A stretch of 55,592 nucleotides of DNA, filler included, from Platydemus manokwari (lineage: Eukaryota), in NCBI GenBank assembly GCA_037951405.1. It is 4 parts of 4 records of this genome, joined end to end, with 100 filler letters (N's around TTAATTAATTAA, not from the genome) between each part and the next. Parts side by side here need not be neighbours in the genome. Positions count along the whole stretch, not along the records: positions 11,457 to 33,222 come from JBBMOY011289205.1; positions 33,323 to 42,834 come from JBBMOY011238764.1; 2 more parts are not named here. The stretch is one strand, 5' to 3'. The notes under the pieces were generated by a model that worked only from the letters and a program-made list of their open reading frames with translations, had not been told where the DNA came from and did no database searches. Of the stretch, positions 25,666-38,729 are shown piece by piece (the stretch's first letter is position 1; each line of letters starts with the position of its first letter). The position numbers were made by a program, and so were the translations under genes.

Positions 25666-28600
25666 TTAGCAAATAATTTCCCGATTTTTAAACACGTTAA
25701 AAACAACAATCACAATGAAAATCGTAATAGCACCCATAGCTGATCCAATTTGAGTAGCAGCACCATACATTTGTGACCAGAAATGACCTTGGGACCTAAT
25801 TTCTATAGCAAGCCATGCTTTTTCAAAAGAAAAAATGATAGTAACTCCAAACCAGCAGGATGTCTGAAATTCAAATTTATATGATAGAATTAATTATATA
25901 ATGACGAACAACGAGTATTTCTCCCCATGCGTTGGAATTCAGTATAGCTACTGGACTCTGAGATGCTAGAAACAATATGTACCCAGTGCCAATGGAGCCA
26001 ATAATTGTCAGAAATGCGATGCAACGATTATTAATTTTCCATTTCTTTAAGGTTAAAAAGCATGCCAAGGGGTTAAGAATTTGCGAGACTATAAGAACTC
26101 TGTGATATACACTATTGCCATATGGCATCAAACTGTAATTTTGTGAGGATGGAAGTACGCCATTTGTGAGGAAATTTATATAACCCACTACCAAAATAAA
26201 AACAATCTTTCTTTTCCTTGAATATACGTCGGGCTCGACTTCGAAAACTGCTAAATAAATTGGACATAATAATGACCTAAAATAGTAGTAATATTACATC
26301 ATCAAATCATAACCACATTATTCAAGTTCAATAACATTGCAGATGGTTGAAACAGCAATTAGATTATTTTTTGATTAACCTTAAGATCACTTTATTGAAA
26401 CAAAGTAAGATCATAACAACTATTAATTCGAAAAGCTAATGATTTTATTTTCAATATATCAATATTTTGATTAAATTATCAGAATCTCTTTCATAAATTT
26501 ATTATCTTAAGCATTCATGGTTTTGATATTGAAATTGAAACTGCAGGGAATCTCCATTCATATCACAAGAATTGTTTATGAACCGAAATAATTTATATAA
26601 ACGGATGCATGGTTTCTGAGTCATTCAATAAAAATTGTTGAGAATATTATTGATGAAATTTTATCGTTTTAATTTAAGAGAAATATGTTCATCAATTTTT
26701 TACATAATAATTAACATCGAACAAAATTTTAGACAAAAACTCTAAAAATGATGAAAATAATTGAATATCGCACAATGAGATCCATTCTATAAATTGATGA
26801 ATGCACCTTATCGGCATTCGAAAGATGAAACAAAAGCAAAAATAAACTAGTTGACTACAATCAACATTATCAAACAAAAATTGGGAGAGTATCTAAAAAG
26901 ATGAACCTTTTTAGAGTTCACGATTTATGTATTCGTGTTGACAGAAATAGACGAAAAATTCATAGTTTTTGAAATATTTTTGTAGTACATAAGAGATAAG
27001 ATAATAAGATAAAGCATAGTGAGGAAGGATTTGATAATATCCGATTCGTTTCATAAAGCAAATAACGGATATTTTTGGTAAGCATGATGGCAAGAAGATT
27101 TATACCGGAATAAATTTAGGTTGGGTAGAAATAAATGATATAAACGAGGACGACATTGGGATTTTAGTTGGATTATATAATTTACGTTCGGAAAAGACAG
27201 AAAATAGACTTAGACGATAAACTGAATCCTGAGAATAAAATAATCTTATGAAGGTTCTATCGAAACATAGAAATAGTTTTAGTACAGGAAGACCTAGGAA
27301 AATGCGAGATCGTGAAACATAGTATCAAAACAAACACTGATCAATCAATAGCTATCCAACCACGTAGAATTCCATTAGCGTGAGAAGTTAAACATCTAAT
27401 CGATGGAATGTTGGAATCAAACATTATTAGTCCAATTAAATCAGCGTGAAATTTGTCAATAGTGCTAGTTAGGAAAAAGATGGAACAACTAAAATGTGCG
27501 TAGATTATAAGTAGCTAAATGCAGCTACTGCCAGACCAATTTTTCCGAAGAAATGTTTGCTGCTGTAGAAGGAGCCAGATATTTTTCAACAATATATTTG
27601 GCGAACGGATATCAAGTTGAATTGGAGTAAAAAAAACCTCAATACGTCAAAAATCTACAGAAATTTCTTGGATTATGTGGTCATTATGGGCGATTTGTAA
27701 AGGATTTTAAAGGTATTATCCAACCACTATAACAAGTACTGAAAAAAGAGAATAAATTTGATTGGAACGATTTAGCAATTGCATCATTTCACATATTGAA
27801 ATCGTTATTCCAGGTTTACCATGCGCAGAGGGGAAATATGCTTTGGATACTAATACATCTTTTGTTTCTATAGGAGACGTGCTTTCTCACATACAAAACT
27901 GTGAAGAACGAGGGATATCTCACGCAGCGTAAATATTATATAACAAGCAAAGAGTTTGCAAGCAAACTATATCTTTGTTAAAAAAATAAGCGTTGCCTGT
28001 ATGGTAAGAAATTTAATGTTAGAACGGATCAGGTAGCTCTGAAATGGTTGCTGAATTGAGATTCTACCAATACGTCACAATATTCTTTTGTGGAAAGCAG
28101 AGCTGAAAACATTTAAAATGAAAATAGAATATAGGAAAGGGAAAGAACAATGCTATATAAAGTATGTAAATGCCATAGATTTATCAAAAATTTCTCGGTA
28201 TAAGAATTTGTGAAAAAAAGGAATACTTGCGAATTAGAGGCAATAACGCAAATAGAATATGGATCACAAATGTCATTTCACAAATCAAAGAAGTATTCGC
28301 TAATCGAAGCTCTTTTCGGGAAAAAACTACGGCTGTTTATTAATGAGACAAGGTCATATAAAAGGAAAAATATGGAAGAGTTTATGAATCATCATAGGAA
28401 AATTTTTGTAAAAGTGAAGAAGTATAATAAAAATCAAATAGTGAAGCAAGCAGAATACTATAGTATAGGGAAATATTCCCTTGAGTTATAATTTGGTGAT
28501 ACAGCGCTTGTTGAAAATTGGTTTGGTAAAAGAATTGCAGGCTCATTCAAGATTTACGAGAAAATTAATGCATCGACTTATAGGAGCCAAAGAAAGAAGC

Positions 28601-31600
28601 TGAATAAAATTATTCATAGAATCAAGCAAAGGAAAATGGAAAATAGAGATATCGCAAACAAGGATGCAGGAAGGGAGAATGATACGAGTATTGAAGGTAT
28701 AGACAAGCGACCTGAATTCCCTATAGGCAGCCTTTTCCGAATAAATAAATTTTAATCATATTTCAATCTTACATTGTGTTTATTTTCATTTTAGTATTCT
28801 CATATTATGATGGGCCTTTACGGTGGTTTTTAGTTACATCAAGAGATGAGTAAAAAACCCCAAATATTATTAACAATTTACTCGCGATCTACAGCGACTC
28901 ATGAAACAATGGCATACAACTTATTGATTAACAATTGCTATTTATTGGCTATTATTTTCCTACAATTAGGTTTCTTAATAATTCTTAAATGAAAGTTATT
29001 GATAATTTTAAATCACAATATACAACAAAGCTAAGCAAATACATCGATGTTTTTAAATAATATTTTGACAGGTAATAACGTAAATACTGCAATAATTATA
29101 TATTCACAATCATAATGCAAAGCAGGGTATGTATATTTGGAATTAATAATATTTATAATAACAATAAAATAAGAAAAACAAATAAGATACCTGGATTTGA
29201 AGATGAAACAAAATCCTCGTTACTGTTTCCAATTCTAAACTGAGATTCAGTTTCCTGAGCACAATGTATATCCAAGCGATATTTATGAAACCATTTCGCA
29301 TTGTCCACCAGAGAAAATGAAATGAAACAAATTATCATTATCACACATATGCAGATAAAAAATATTGATATCGAAAACGATGGTGCAGGATTAATAATAA
29401 TGCGTTTAGTATGATTAGTTCCATTGATATCTGAATAAAAGATTTAATAATTATAATCAATAATATTATTTAACATATAACGCCATATTATAAGAAATGA
29501 AAAATAAACAGTGTCAACAAAAGATGGATATTCTTTTATAAGTCAATAAAATCAAAAAATAATTCGAATGAAATATGAAAGCAAAATATGGTTATAAATA
29601 TGTATAAAAGGTTCCATAGAATATTTTCAAGGAGAACAAACTTGAGGACGAGGTACAGCACTAAGGCGCTTAGATTTAGAATTTGAATTTTCAAATATTT
29701 TATTTTTGAAAATGAAAAATAAAATTGTAAGTTACTACAATTTTATGAACCACGCATTGAAAATGAATTAAAATATCATAACAAATCATTCATTTAAATA
29801 CAATTAAATAAACTGTTAAAGATTGCTGAGGTGGTTTATAATAATTATAATTTCAGATTACGAATATAAAATTTGTAAAAAATATAAACTAACGCGGTTA
29901 TTATTATCAGAAGGATTTGAATTACAGCAAAGTTAAATATATTCACACAAAAATCTTCAACTTATCTGGACTCCAGACAGATAAGAGGTTGTTGTCCTTA
30001 AATGCTCAGTTAGTATAATAAACATAATATTTAAATATATATGATAACAAAATAAAATACAAATAAATAACCAAATAAAATGTATTAGTCGACAATGATT
30101 AATAATCTAAACAAAATGATTTTATAATACTACAATGCGGTGTTCGCTATTTGGGAAGCAAAAGTGTAGTCAAGCAACAGTAGAGGGCATGCCGCTTAGG
30201 TGCTCGGGCAAGCCTCTCGAGACAAAAATGAAAGTGGGGAGCTTCAAGTTGAACTTAAAGATTTTAACGGACCACAATGCTAAAACTAGCCGTGGTTCTA
30301 GATTTAATTAAACAATCAATAAATTTACTCATTGGGTCCATAATATCTTCGTAAATAAAATTCTTCAGAACAGAAAGAGCATAAACTTTTTCAAATTGTC
30401 ATTCAATAAATGATTTGCTATAATGGATTTCTTAAGAGCACTGAAATTGTCATACAGTAAAATTTCTTATCATAAATGTGCGTCCTAATCATGAAATGAT
30501 TGCAAGTATTTATACCGTTTTGTATGCGGGTAGGAGTCATGCACCTTGTTGCAATTTTTGGTAACATTCTATGCTTAGTAGAAATATGCTACTAATTTTA
30601 GCAAATGTTACTTTTTTTGTTTTATAGTCTATTTTTAGCAATTAATGTTGTTATCTCTGTTTTCTGTACATCGTAAGTTCTAGTTTTAGATTTCAATGCG
30701 GTTTTTCCTAATGACCTTAGTGTCAATTATTTTTGGTGCAGTTAAACAAATTTAAAATTTTATTGATATTTTTGTCTTTTTTGAAAAAAAAAATATTATT
30801 ATTTCTATTTAATTTATACTTTGGTTGGGTCAAAATGGCCCGGTTAGTTCCCTGCAAAACAAATTAATATAATTCTATATTACACCAGAATTAAATCCTT
30901 AAAAAATTTATTCATTTGAAAATTCTCACAAAAATGATAAAAAACAATTTTTAGAATAAAACAAAAAACAAGAAAAGCCTACCTTCAGTTTGTACTACAA
31001 AAATATCAATGCTTATTTTGTCATTTTGCCTTCGATTAAAACTCTGTTGTCCCATTACTCAGAATTATTAGTCATACATTTTTGTTTTAACACTTGCTAT
31101 TGGAAATAAAATTTAAAAAACTATTAAAAAATACCAGAAACATATGAAAACATATATGGTTTTAGTATAGGAAGACGTGACGTATCGAGTGAGCATTTGA
31201 AAAGCTATAAAGAATCTTTATAATTTAAGAAAGAAAATAAAAATAAAAAATTAAATTACTTTAATACTCACTTGTTGTCTTATTGATGCAATATGGTTCT
31301 TCATTGATTCCTTGTATCAAACCAATAATTCCCGGAATAAATCCACTTAATCCCTCTCCAATATATAAAGCGGTTACGTATTGTTTAGGGAAACGAACCA
31401 TATACGGAAGAAACGTTACAGAAGATGTACTATCGACCATAGATACAATCCACACTAGAATAAAAAATGTTAGGCTTGTCCTATGCCAACGTCCAAAATA
31501 ATATATATTTGTGATACGATTCCAGAGTATTGATAATAATGCTGTGCAAACACTTCCTATGAACATGATCGAATAAATTGTGTACCGTTCTACATTTTTT

Positions 31601-31653
31601 GATTTCCAAATATGGTATAGAGCCATATAAAGCAAAGGAGAGATGTTTCCAAT
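25666..31653 (-). CDS. SLC52-family riboflavin transporter, paralog B (first exons not found before contig end)
   Basis: Exons (minus): 31653-31272, 29430-29191, 26250-25910, 25863-25666. Same intron positions and phases as paralog A, with the 382-nt and 198-nt exons identical in length. Motifs: VDSTSSVTFLPY, YIGEGLSGFIPG, NGVLPSSQNYSLMPYG, GAATQIGSAMGA. No stops or frameshifts in the visible exons. Confidence 0.9.
26860..28750 (+). mobile_element. Decayed Ty3/Gypsy pol (RT-RNase H) inside an SLC52 paralog B intron
   Basis: EVKHLIDGMLESNIISPIKSA*NLSIVLVRKKDGTTKMCVDYK*LNAAT; RNase H GKYALDTNTSFVSIGDVLSH and YGKKFNVRTDQVALKWLL. Many stops and frameshifts. Boundaries approximate. Confidence 0.88.
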
Positions 31654-33222
31654 CTAAAATTAGTCAATACCCGATTTTAATAATTAATATTGGTATAAAA
31701 AATTTCTAATATAATCTATGTGATTTAATCTTTATTCTTCACTTTGATTTTTCAATAATATTTTTAATTTTTACTTTTAGAAATGTTTTAAATATCAATG
31801 CAACAGTCATTTAAAAATATTTGGTAAAAATCATTTTCATATGCATCGATTTCACCAATGTTAATGGAATTTATATGATTTGGAACTGATATTATTTTCA
31901 TTATTTAAGCAGTATAAAAATATACAATTTTTTATGAATTTTTCATAACCCAAAATCTCCATTGTAATCAGTAATATCTGATTCATATAAATAATGGTTT
32001 ATTTACCTTTGAAGTTATTTGTTTATCTGTACATGAACGATATTTATTGAAATAAAACGTATTGGAATCACGTTTAATTCCATTTTGTCATATCAAAGCT
32101 ATTTGCGTTAATCAAAATGAGTCAACTAAGGCTCCAAACAAGATTATATCGATTGAATAATATGCTGGCTTCAAATCTAACATTTTAATTTGGTCAGTAA
32201 TCAATATTTTATTTCTGAATTTTATATATAAAGACTGTCGATAAAATATAAGGTTGCAAATACCAGATTCGTATTATAATAAAAAGTTATGTTATGTTAA
32301 ATTAAAGCTCAGAATATATCGGAATAATACAATTTTCCAACTGATTTTATGTCATTTTATTTCCAATCTTTCAATTTAGCATGCCAAGTATTAGTACAGC
32401 TACTTCGATTGAAATTGAGGATTCGACAAAAGAAGCCATTATTACGATTTTGTTAACTTTTATTTAATACAAACAAATCAAACAAATTGAAATCCTTTTA
32501 AAAAATCTTTTTCTAGTGAGCTTTGGCTATCAATCTTAATCAGGTATTATTTAATATTTAATTATTTAATAACTACTTTATATTAAATAATTTAACAAAA
32601 TTTAAAAATATTAATTTTTATTTTGAATGTTATTAAATTATTAAAAATGTAATTAACATTTTTTATTAAAGTTATTATTTTAAATTATTATTAGTTTCTT
32701 TAAATTTTCCTCACGCGAAGGTTGGTCAAATTTTTTTTTAATTTTCACGTCACACTGAATGTTCTACTTTGAAAAAATAGTCCTGAACTGCGGTTTTAAT
32801 GATTTTCAGTACTCAAACTTTTGTAATCATGTGTCATACAGCAATAAATATTGATTATAATAATAATAATAATAAAATATTATTATTAATAGTTTTTATG
32901 GTAAAAATTTTTACAGGATTTTTTTCCAATGAATATTCATTCTATCGATGTAATAAAATTTGATTTGTTTTCAGACAAATGTTCATGGAATACGTTAATC
33001 AAAAGAACGGCGCAATCGGATATGAAAGCAATACAGTTAAATAATGCATTATGTTGGGAAAGCGCCTCCAACACCCCAAGTACATCTCACTATGCACCAC
33101 CTAATGCCCCAACGACAGCCACAAATGCAAGTGAGAGAATCGAATTGGATCAGGATGGCAACTGGGATGGAACGGTTTATCGTGGGGATAAGCCCGAGAA
33201 GGTTGGCCGGAAGGAACCCCAG

Positions 33223-33322
33223 NNNNNNNNNNNNNNNNNNNNNNNNNNNNNNNNNNNNNNNNNNNNTTAATTAATTAANNNNNNNNNNNNNNNNNNNNNN
33301 NNNNNNNNNNNNNNNNNNNNNN
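33223..33322. other. Artificial contig linker
   Basis: N44-TTAATTAATTAA-N44. Confidence 0.98.
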
Positions 33323-33535
33323 AATCATATCCATTATCGATTTTTTGATTGTAAATGTATCTTCAAACCACGATTTAGCTGATTCTTCTGTGGTATCTTT
33401 TGATTTAAAGTTTTTCCACAATGCCTGCTTCGTCCGAAAGCACTAGATCAAATGCGCTAATCAGAGTGAGACTTTTAATTAATAGCCACTCCTCTGTATC
33501 TTGCATCCATTTTGCCGCTTCATTGGAATTACTTG
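33323..33535 (-). mobile_element. Retrotransposon gag-like fragment (paralog of 39700-39870)
   Basis: NSNEAAKWMQDTEEWLLIKSLTLISAFDLVLSDEAGI/WKNFKSKDTTEESAKSWFEDTF, with clear nucleotide similarity to 39730-39860. The pattern resembles Gypsy capsid. Confidence 0.6.
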
Positions 33536-33813
33536 TTTATTTATTTAATCACGTTACTGAAAATAAAAGATTTTTAACAAAATTATGGATAAAAGGCAAA
33601 TCAAATTTTTTTTATTCAATGTCGATAATCGATGCATTTGAACAATCAGTATGAAGTCATTAAATTGAAAGTATTTGTGTTTTCCATAAGACCAATCATA
33701 GCATTATAATATCAGGGCTGTGATATTGAAACAGAAGTAATCATTGAAATGAGAAATTCTGGCATTTGATTTTGGAAGAATGTAATGACGTTAAACATAA
33801 TATATAATCACCA

Positions 33814-34441
33814 TCATTTATCTATTATCACATCTATTTTAACAATTTGTTCATTAAATCGTCGCGTTAATAATATTTTTAATAATATCAAATATATTGA
33901 CAAATATTTCCTCCAATCATCCAATCTGTCCTGTCCTGTCTGGTAGTTGTTTCGATTCCGTAATTGCCTACAAGCTGCTTTAAATCTGGCGGAATTTTCT
34001 TGACCCAGAAAGTGCTGCCACAATGAAATTCCAATTTTTTGTAAAAATGTATTTCGATAAATCTATTAGGTCGAATTGCAAATCACGCCAAATGCCAAAG
34101 ACAAGATTTGACTCTCCGATATGATTCTTATAATCCTCAATCCGGTAATAACATTTCGAGTATTCGGTGCATTTGCCATGGGTTAAATAGCTTAGAAATA
34201 TCTTTCTCAAAAATACGTTAGCTTTTTCTTCCTCAGAAACCATTTCACTTTTTGGTAGAACAATCGTTCTGCTATTCATATATGTGCAAGTAGCCCTGAT
34301 AGTCATGTTCCAATCGCCTTTGACGAGTGAAATAGCCTGATTTCTGTTTAAAATTTCATATACCGATGGCGCCCCAATGCCATATCTAAAGCTTATTTCA
34401 TTCAACAATTGAAAAGCTACACCTGTTGTATCTCCTTCAAA
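33814..34441 (-). pseudogene. Frameshifted exon of an unknown host gene, possibly Munc13/MUN-domain-like
   Basis: Acceptor TTTTAG ends at 34442, followed by FEGDTTGVAFQLLNEISFRYGIG..., ~140 codons open, continuing in a shifted frame (WQHFLGQENSARFKAACRQLR). LLxExxxRYGI recalls the N-terminal part of Munc13-like proteins. Family call is weak. Confidence 0.35.
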
Positions 34442-35089
34442 CTAAAATATAAATCAGCCTTTTCTTTTACAGACCTAAAATTAATCTACTCATTATTATA
34501 TGCTGTGATAGGGTTATATCAATTATTTTTAGCATTCAAGAGTGATTCTACTGTTCAGTAAAATCTTGAAACATTTATTTCAATTCGACTTTATTTATAC
34601 GTAAAAGATTTGCTGAGTTATTGCACAAATTTCTATTGATTTGCTATCATTTAGCAATACACAAGAGTCACAGCTTAATTATTTGTGTTCTTGGATCCTC
34701 TGTGAAGTCGATATTTATTTTTTTTTATTAATCAATTAACGTTTTATTAAAATAATTGAAATACTGTGAATGATTTTCTTGTTCAGATAATAAATCAGAT
34801 CAGATGAGATAACTTGCTGAATATTACTATATCACTAAAAGAAGGAAATAATAAAATATCCAGGATTTCCCGAACAGTGGCAAAAGTATGGGTAATACCT
34901 TAGGATCATATTCTATATGTTGGGTATTAGGAATTTATGGTGTAAAGGTCATGTTCTTGATTTAGTTTTATTCAATAAAGCGAGCCAAATCTTAAGCCAT
35001 TTATTCAACTTTTATTGATGCTTTTCATGAGTCAGTTGGCAACTTAAGTTTTGTCGGTTAGTCGATACGAGAGTGAATAATCCCTCCAC

Positions 35090-35665
35090 TTGTAGTGACA
35101 TTATTTTGTTTTTATTGAAGCTATTACACCTTGTACCATAGGTTGCAAGTAGCTAGTTGCATTATGTGGAAAAAATATTAATTTAACATTAGATAATTAT
35201 AATAATGAATGGGTAGGACATTTATCAATAAAAAGTATAATAATAAAAATATCGAGCCAATCATTAAAAATTATTGAATTCATCCATGTATTTTTAGAAT
35301 GAAGATAAAAGCATGGTAAAGTATTTACGTTTTTAAAATGAGGATTATTAAACTTTCCAATTATCAAAGGTTTCAATTTTTCTGTACCATCCATGTTCGC
35401 ACCGAGCTCATTTTGCCCCCATAACAAGATTCCCCTTTGTAGAAACCATTTTAAAACAGCAGATTCGATTTCTTTAAATCGAGCAGTACGCAACCGATAT
35501 CTATTTTTAGAACTGTATATTAACGGTGTAGTTTGTTCGATTTTGCTTCGAAATTTTTTAACGTCTGAAATTGTTGATTTTGATATATTAAGGTCATGAG
35601 CAATGTTATTTTACTTTTTTCCATTATCCAATCTTTTTAAAAATGATTTCGTACCATCTCATTTT
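35090..35665 (-). mobile_element. Internally deleted Tigger/pogo transposase copy
   Basis: High nucleotide similarity to 41690-42570 (FKEIESAVLKWFLQ, ANMDGTEKLKPLIIGK, WMNSIIFNDWL, FIDKCPTH), with deletions including ~290 nt at about 35435. Confidence 0.92.
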
Positions 35666-35689
35666 CTTTGGGTGAAGACATAATGCTTT

Positions 35690-37050
35690 TGTGCTTGAGA
35701 CCAAGAAAAGGGGGCAGCACTTAAATAACAAATGAAATGAATAAAAATATGAAAAAATATAAAAAATGAAGAATATGTCCAAGTAATTACCAAACCAGTA
35801 GTATAGTCTTAGAAGTTGTTACGAATGTATTTGTTATTTCAGAAATAGAGTCTCCGCCAGTATCCCAAAAATTTTGCAAAATAATTTTTTCACTTTTTTG
35901 AACTAACATAATCTTTATTAAGAGTTTGGAGCTAGCAGATAAAATTTTGTGAGTGTAATACCAAGTTTATCTTATTGAAATTAAAAAAGATTTATTTTTT
36001 TAATTTATACCAGGCTTACTTAATCCGTATATATTACCTAATATTATAAATTGAGTTAGCAAATTCTTCATATATTTAATATTTTAGTATCCTTTATTTT
36101 TATAAAATAACTGTAAAAATTACGAATTTGTTTCTCTCTGCTTCTGATGTTAGAAAAGGGGTCCTACCTAATTTTCAAAAAATTGAAAAATGACTTATAT
36201 TAGCGCGTTTTTCAAATAATTATATTTTAGGAGATTTTAAAGTTCTAGCCCACTCAATATTTTATTTCAGACAAATAAAGTTCTTTGTAATTACTTATAT
36301 AAAGAATGGAAATTTTTTCAAAGAATAAACTGTATAAATTTTTCACAATATAAGATTATTTCTCATGTATTACAGAATATATCTTCAACAGATTTACAAT
36401 TTTAATTAAGGACTTCTTCTGATGTTAGACTAAAAATCACAAGTTCAAAGATATGAATTTTTAATAAGATTTTGTTAAGCTGAAAGCCGTATTTAAATTT
36501 AACAATCAATAACTAAAAATAAACTTTTAGATAAACTTTCTTCATGTTGCGCTGCTATCACTTAAAATTTTTTACAATCTTTGTTGATCTGCATAAATGA
36601 ATTTACAAAGCAAAAGATATGAATAAATTCGTGTAAAATAAGTAAATTTATTTAAAATTTAGTGAAACTTAATGAAATTCGGTTATAAAGTTTAAGTATC
36701 AGTTGAAATAGGAATTTTCTTTAAAATTTTGGATATAATTTCAATGAAAATTTGATAGGGTAATTAATGACATAAAAAATTCTAGAAAATTTATAAAAAT
36801 CAATTTTAAGACATTTATAATTCAATGATAAAACAAATATGACCAAATATATGAATGATTTTGTAAATAAATTGATAAGTCGAATTATTTCATTAATATT
36901 TGTTTAAATTTGCTTAAAATTTAATTTGAACACTGCAGGCACCGTTATTAAAGGTAATTTATTTGATTATACGTAATTACTTTCAACTTGTACATTTATA
37001 TATATCTATGGCTTTAATTTATGTAGAAATATATAAGGTATACACTTCAT
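35690..37050. repeat. Long direct repeat X, copy 1 (possible LTR/leader)
   Basis: Aligns by eye with 40090-40970. Carries ~540 nt (36085-36620) that is absent from copy 2. Confidence 0.85.
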
Positions 37051-38729
37051 TACATCCATAGACGGTTTTGCACGAATTTTCTATTATATTTGCAATTGTT
37101 GGATTACTGTGTACATTACTAGAATAAATTATTTATTGAGACGCATTTGCGAATTAATATTAGTTTTGTATATATTTATCTAAATAATTTATTACTTTTA
37201 TTTTTTCATCTACAATTCTTTTAGTTAGTAAATTTGATTAATAAATAGCTAATTTAGATAATTTTAGTTAAGTTAATAATACTTTTATTGTGACTTAATT
37301 TCTTGTCCAACAATTTATTGTAAAAAACTTTTTACATTTGTTATTTTAAGATATCTATAGTCTAAATATTTTCTTAATAATTAAATTTTAAAATTAACAA
37401 ACTAAGCTCGTTTTTGAAATTTTTGTTTTTACCGAATTAATTCTCTTTTAATGGAGCTTCTGGTCGTTACAAATCACAACCTGAAGCGATAACTTTTGGT
37501 TTTGGTCCTGTTCTGGAAGTAACATTAATTTTGCTAATTTAAAAATAAAATCGTAGGAAGTTACATTAAAAGATCGCTATCAGTAGACAATTGTCAGAAA
37601 GTAGAAATCAAATACAAAACAATTTCATTGATTTTGGATAAATTTTTCCAATTTTATTGATTCAGTCTACCGGAGTTCTTATAACTCACAGGTGAACAAT
37701 AAATCTATTATTTTTCGATGTTTCTAAGTTTCAATCGTATCAACGGTTGTATGAGGACGAGATGAAAAGTTCAATGATATTTGGATCATTATTAATCAGT
37801 ATCAATTTACTATTTATTTTAACCCATTTATACCCTTCCAAAAGGTTGTACTTTGTTCATAGTATTTTGCTCATAATTAATGACGGATCGACATGCGAGG
37901 AAACAGCAGCGTTCTTGGCAAAATTTTATAGGCTTGCTCAGCTAATTCATTGGAGCTTTTACTCAAAACTTATATCCTACAAGAAAGGAACTACTTTTAC
38001 GTAGAACTACCTCATAAAAAGTCAGTGTACAATAACACACTGATCGAGTCAATAAAAATATAAAAATAAAATCCAAAACTAATAAAAATACCGGCAACAG
38101 AACCCATACCCTTAACATTATATAATGATTGAATTCATATAGGTTTTTGTATGCAGTTTTGAGGGAATTTAGCATTTCAGTGGTTTCGAAATTTTTGGTT
38201 CCAAACTCCGAATGTTTCTTTTTTGCATTCTGACGAATTGCATGTTTAAACCTTAGGTTGTAATTTCTTTCATTATCTTAAATAAGATTAAATACATATT
38301 GTCAATAATGTACTACTTTCTCCTATTAACTAAAATCGATAAATGATAATTTTAAAATGGTGTATTGAAGTTTTATATGATTTTAGTGGTGAGTTTTCAT
38401 TGGTTCTATTTTCTATTGGATATTTTTCGATTGGTATTAGATTTATTAAATTCCATTGGTTTTTTCTTATTGTTCAGGGTATTGGGGGTACCATTTATTT
38501 TTAAAATTTTTCATATTTACAAATTTATTCCTACATTATTTTTTATTCAAATACAATTATTGCTAATACAGTAAACCTCAAAGATCCGGATTAACCCGAG
38601 ATGGATTATTTTCGGTTAACATTCTTTTAAAAAAGAAAAAATATATATTTATTTAACTACCAATATTACTTTAAATTGTTAAATAATCTTGACTTTCCTT
38701 TTTTTAATCTCATTCGTAAATCTTAAGTT

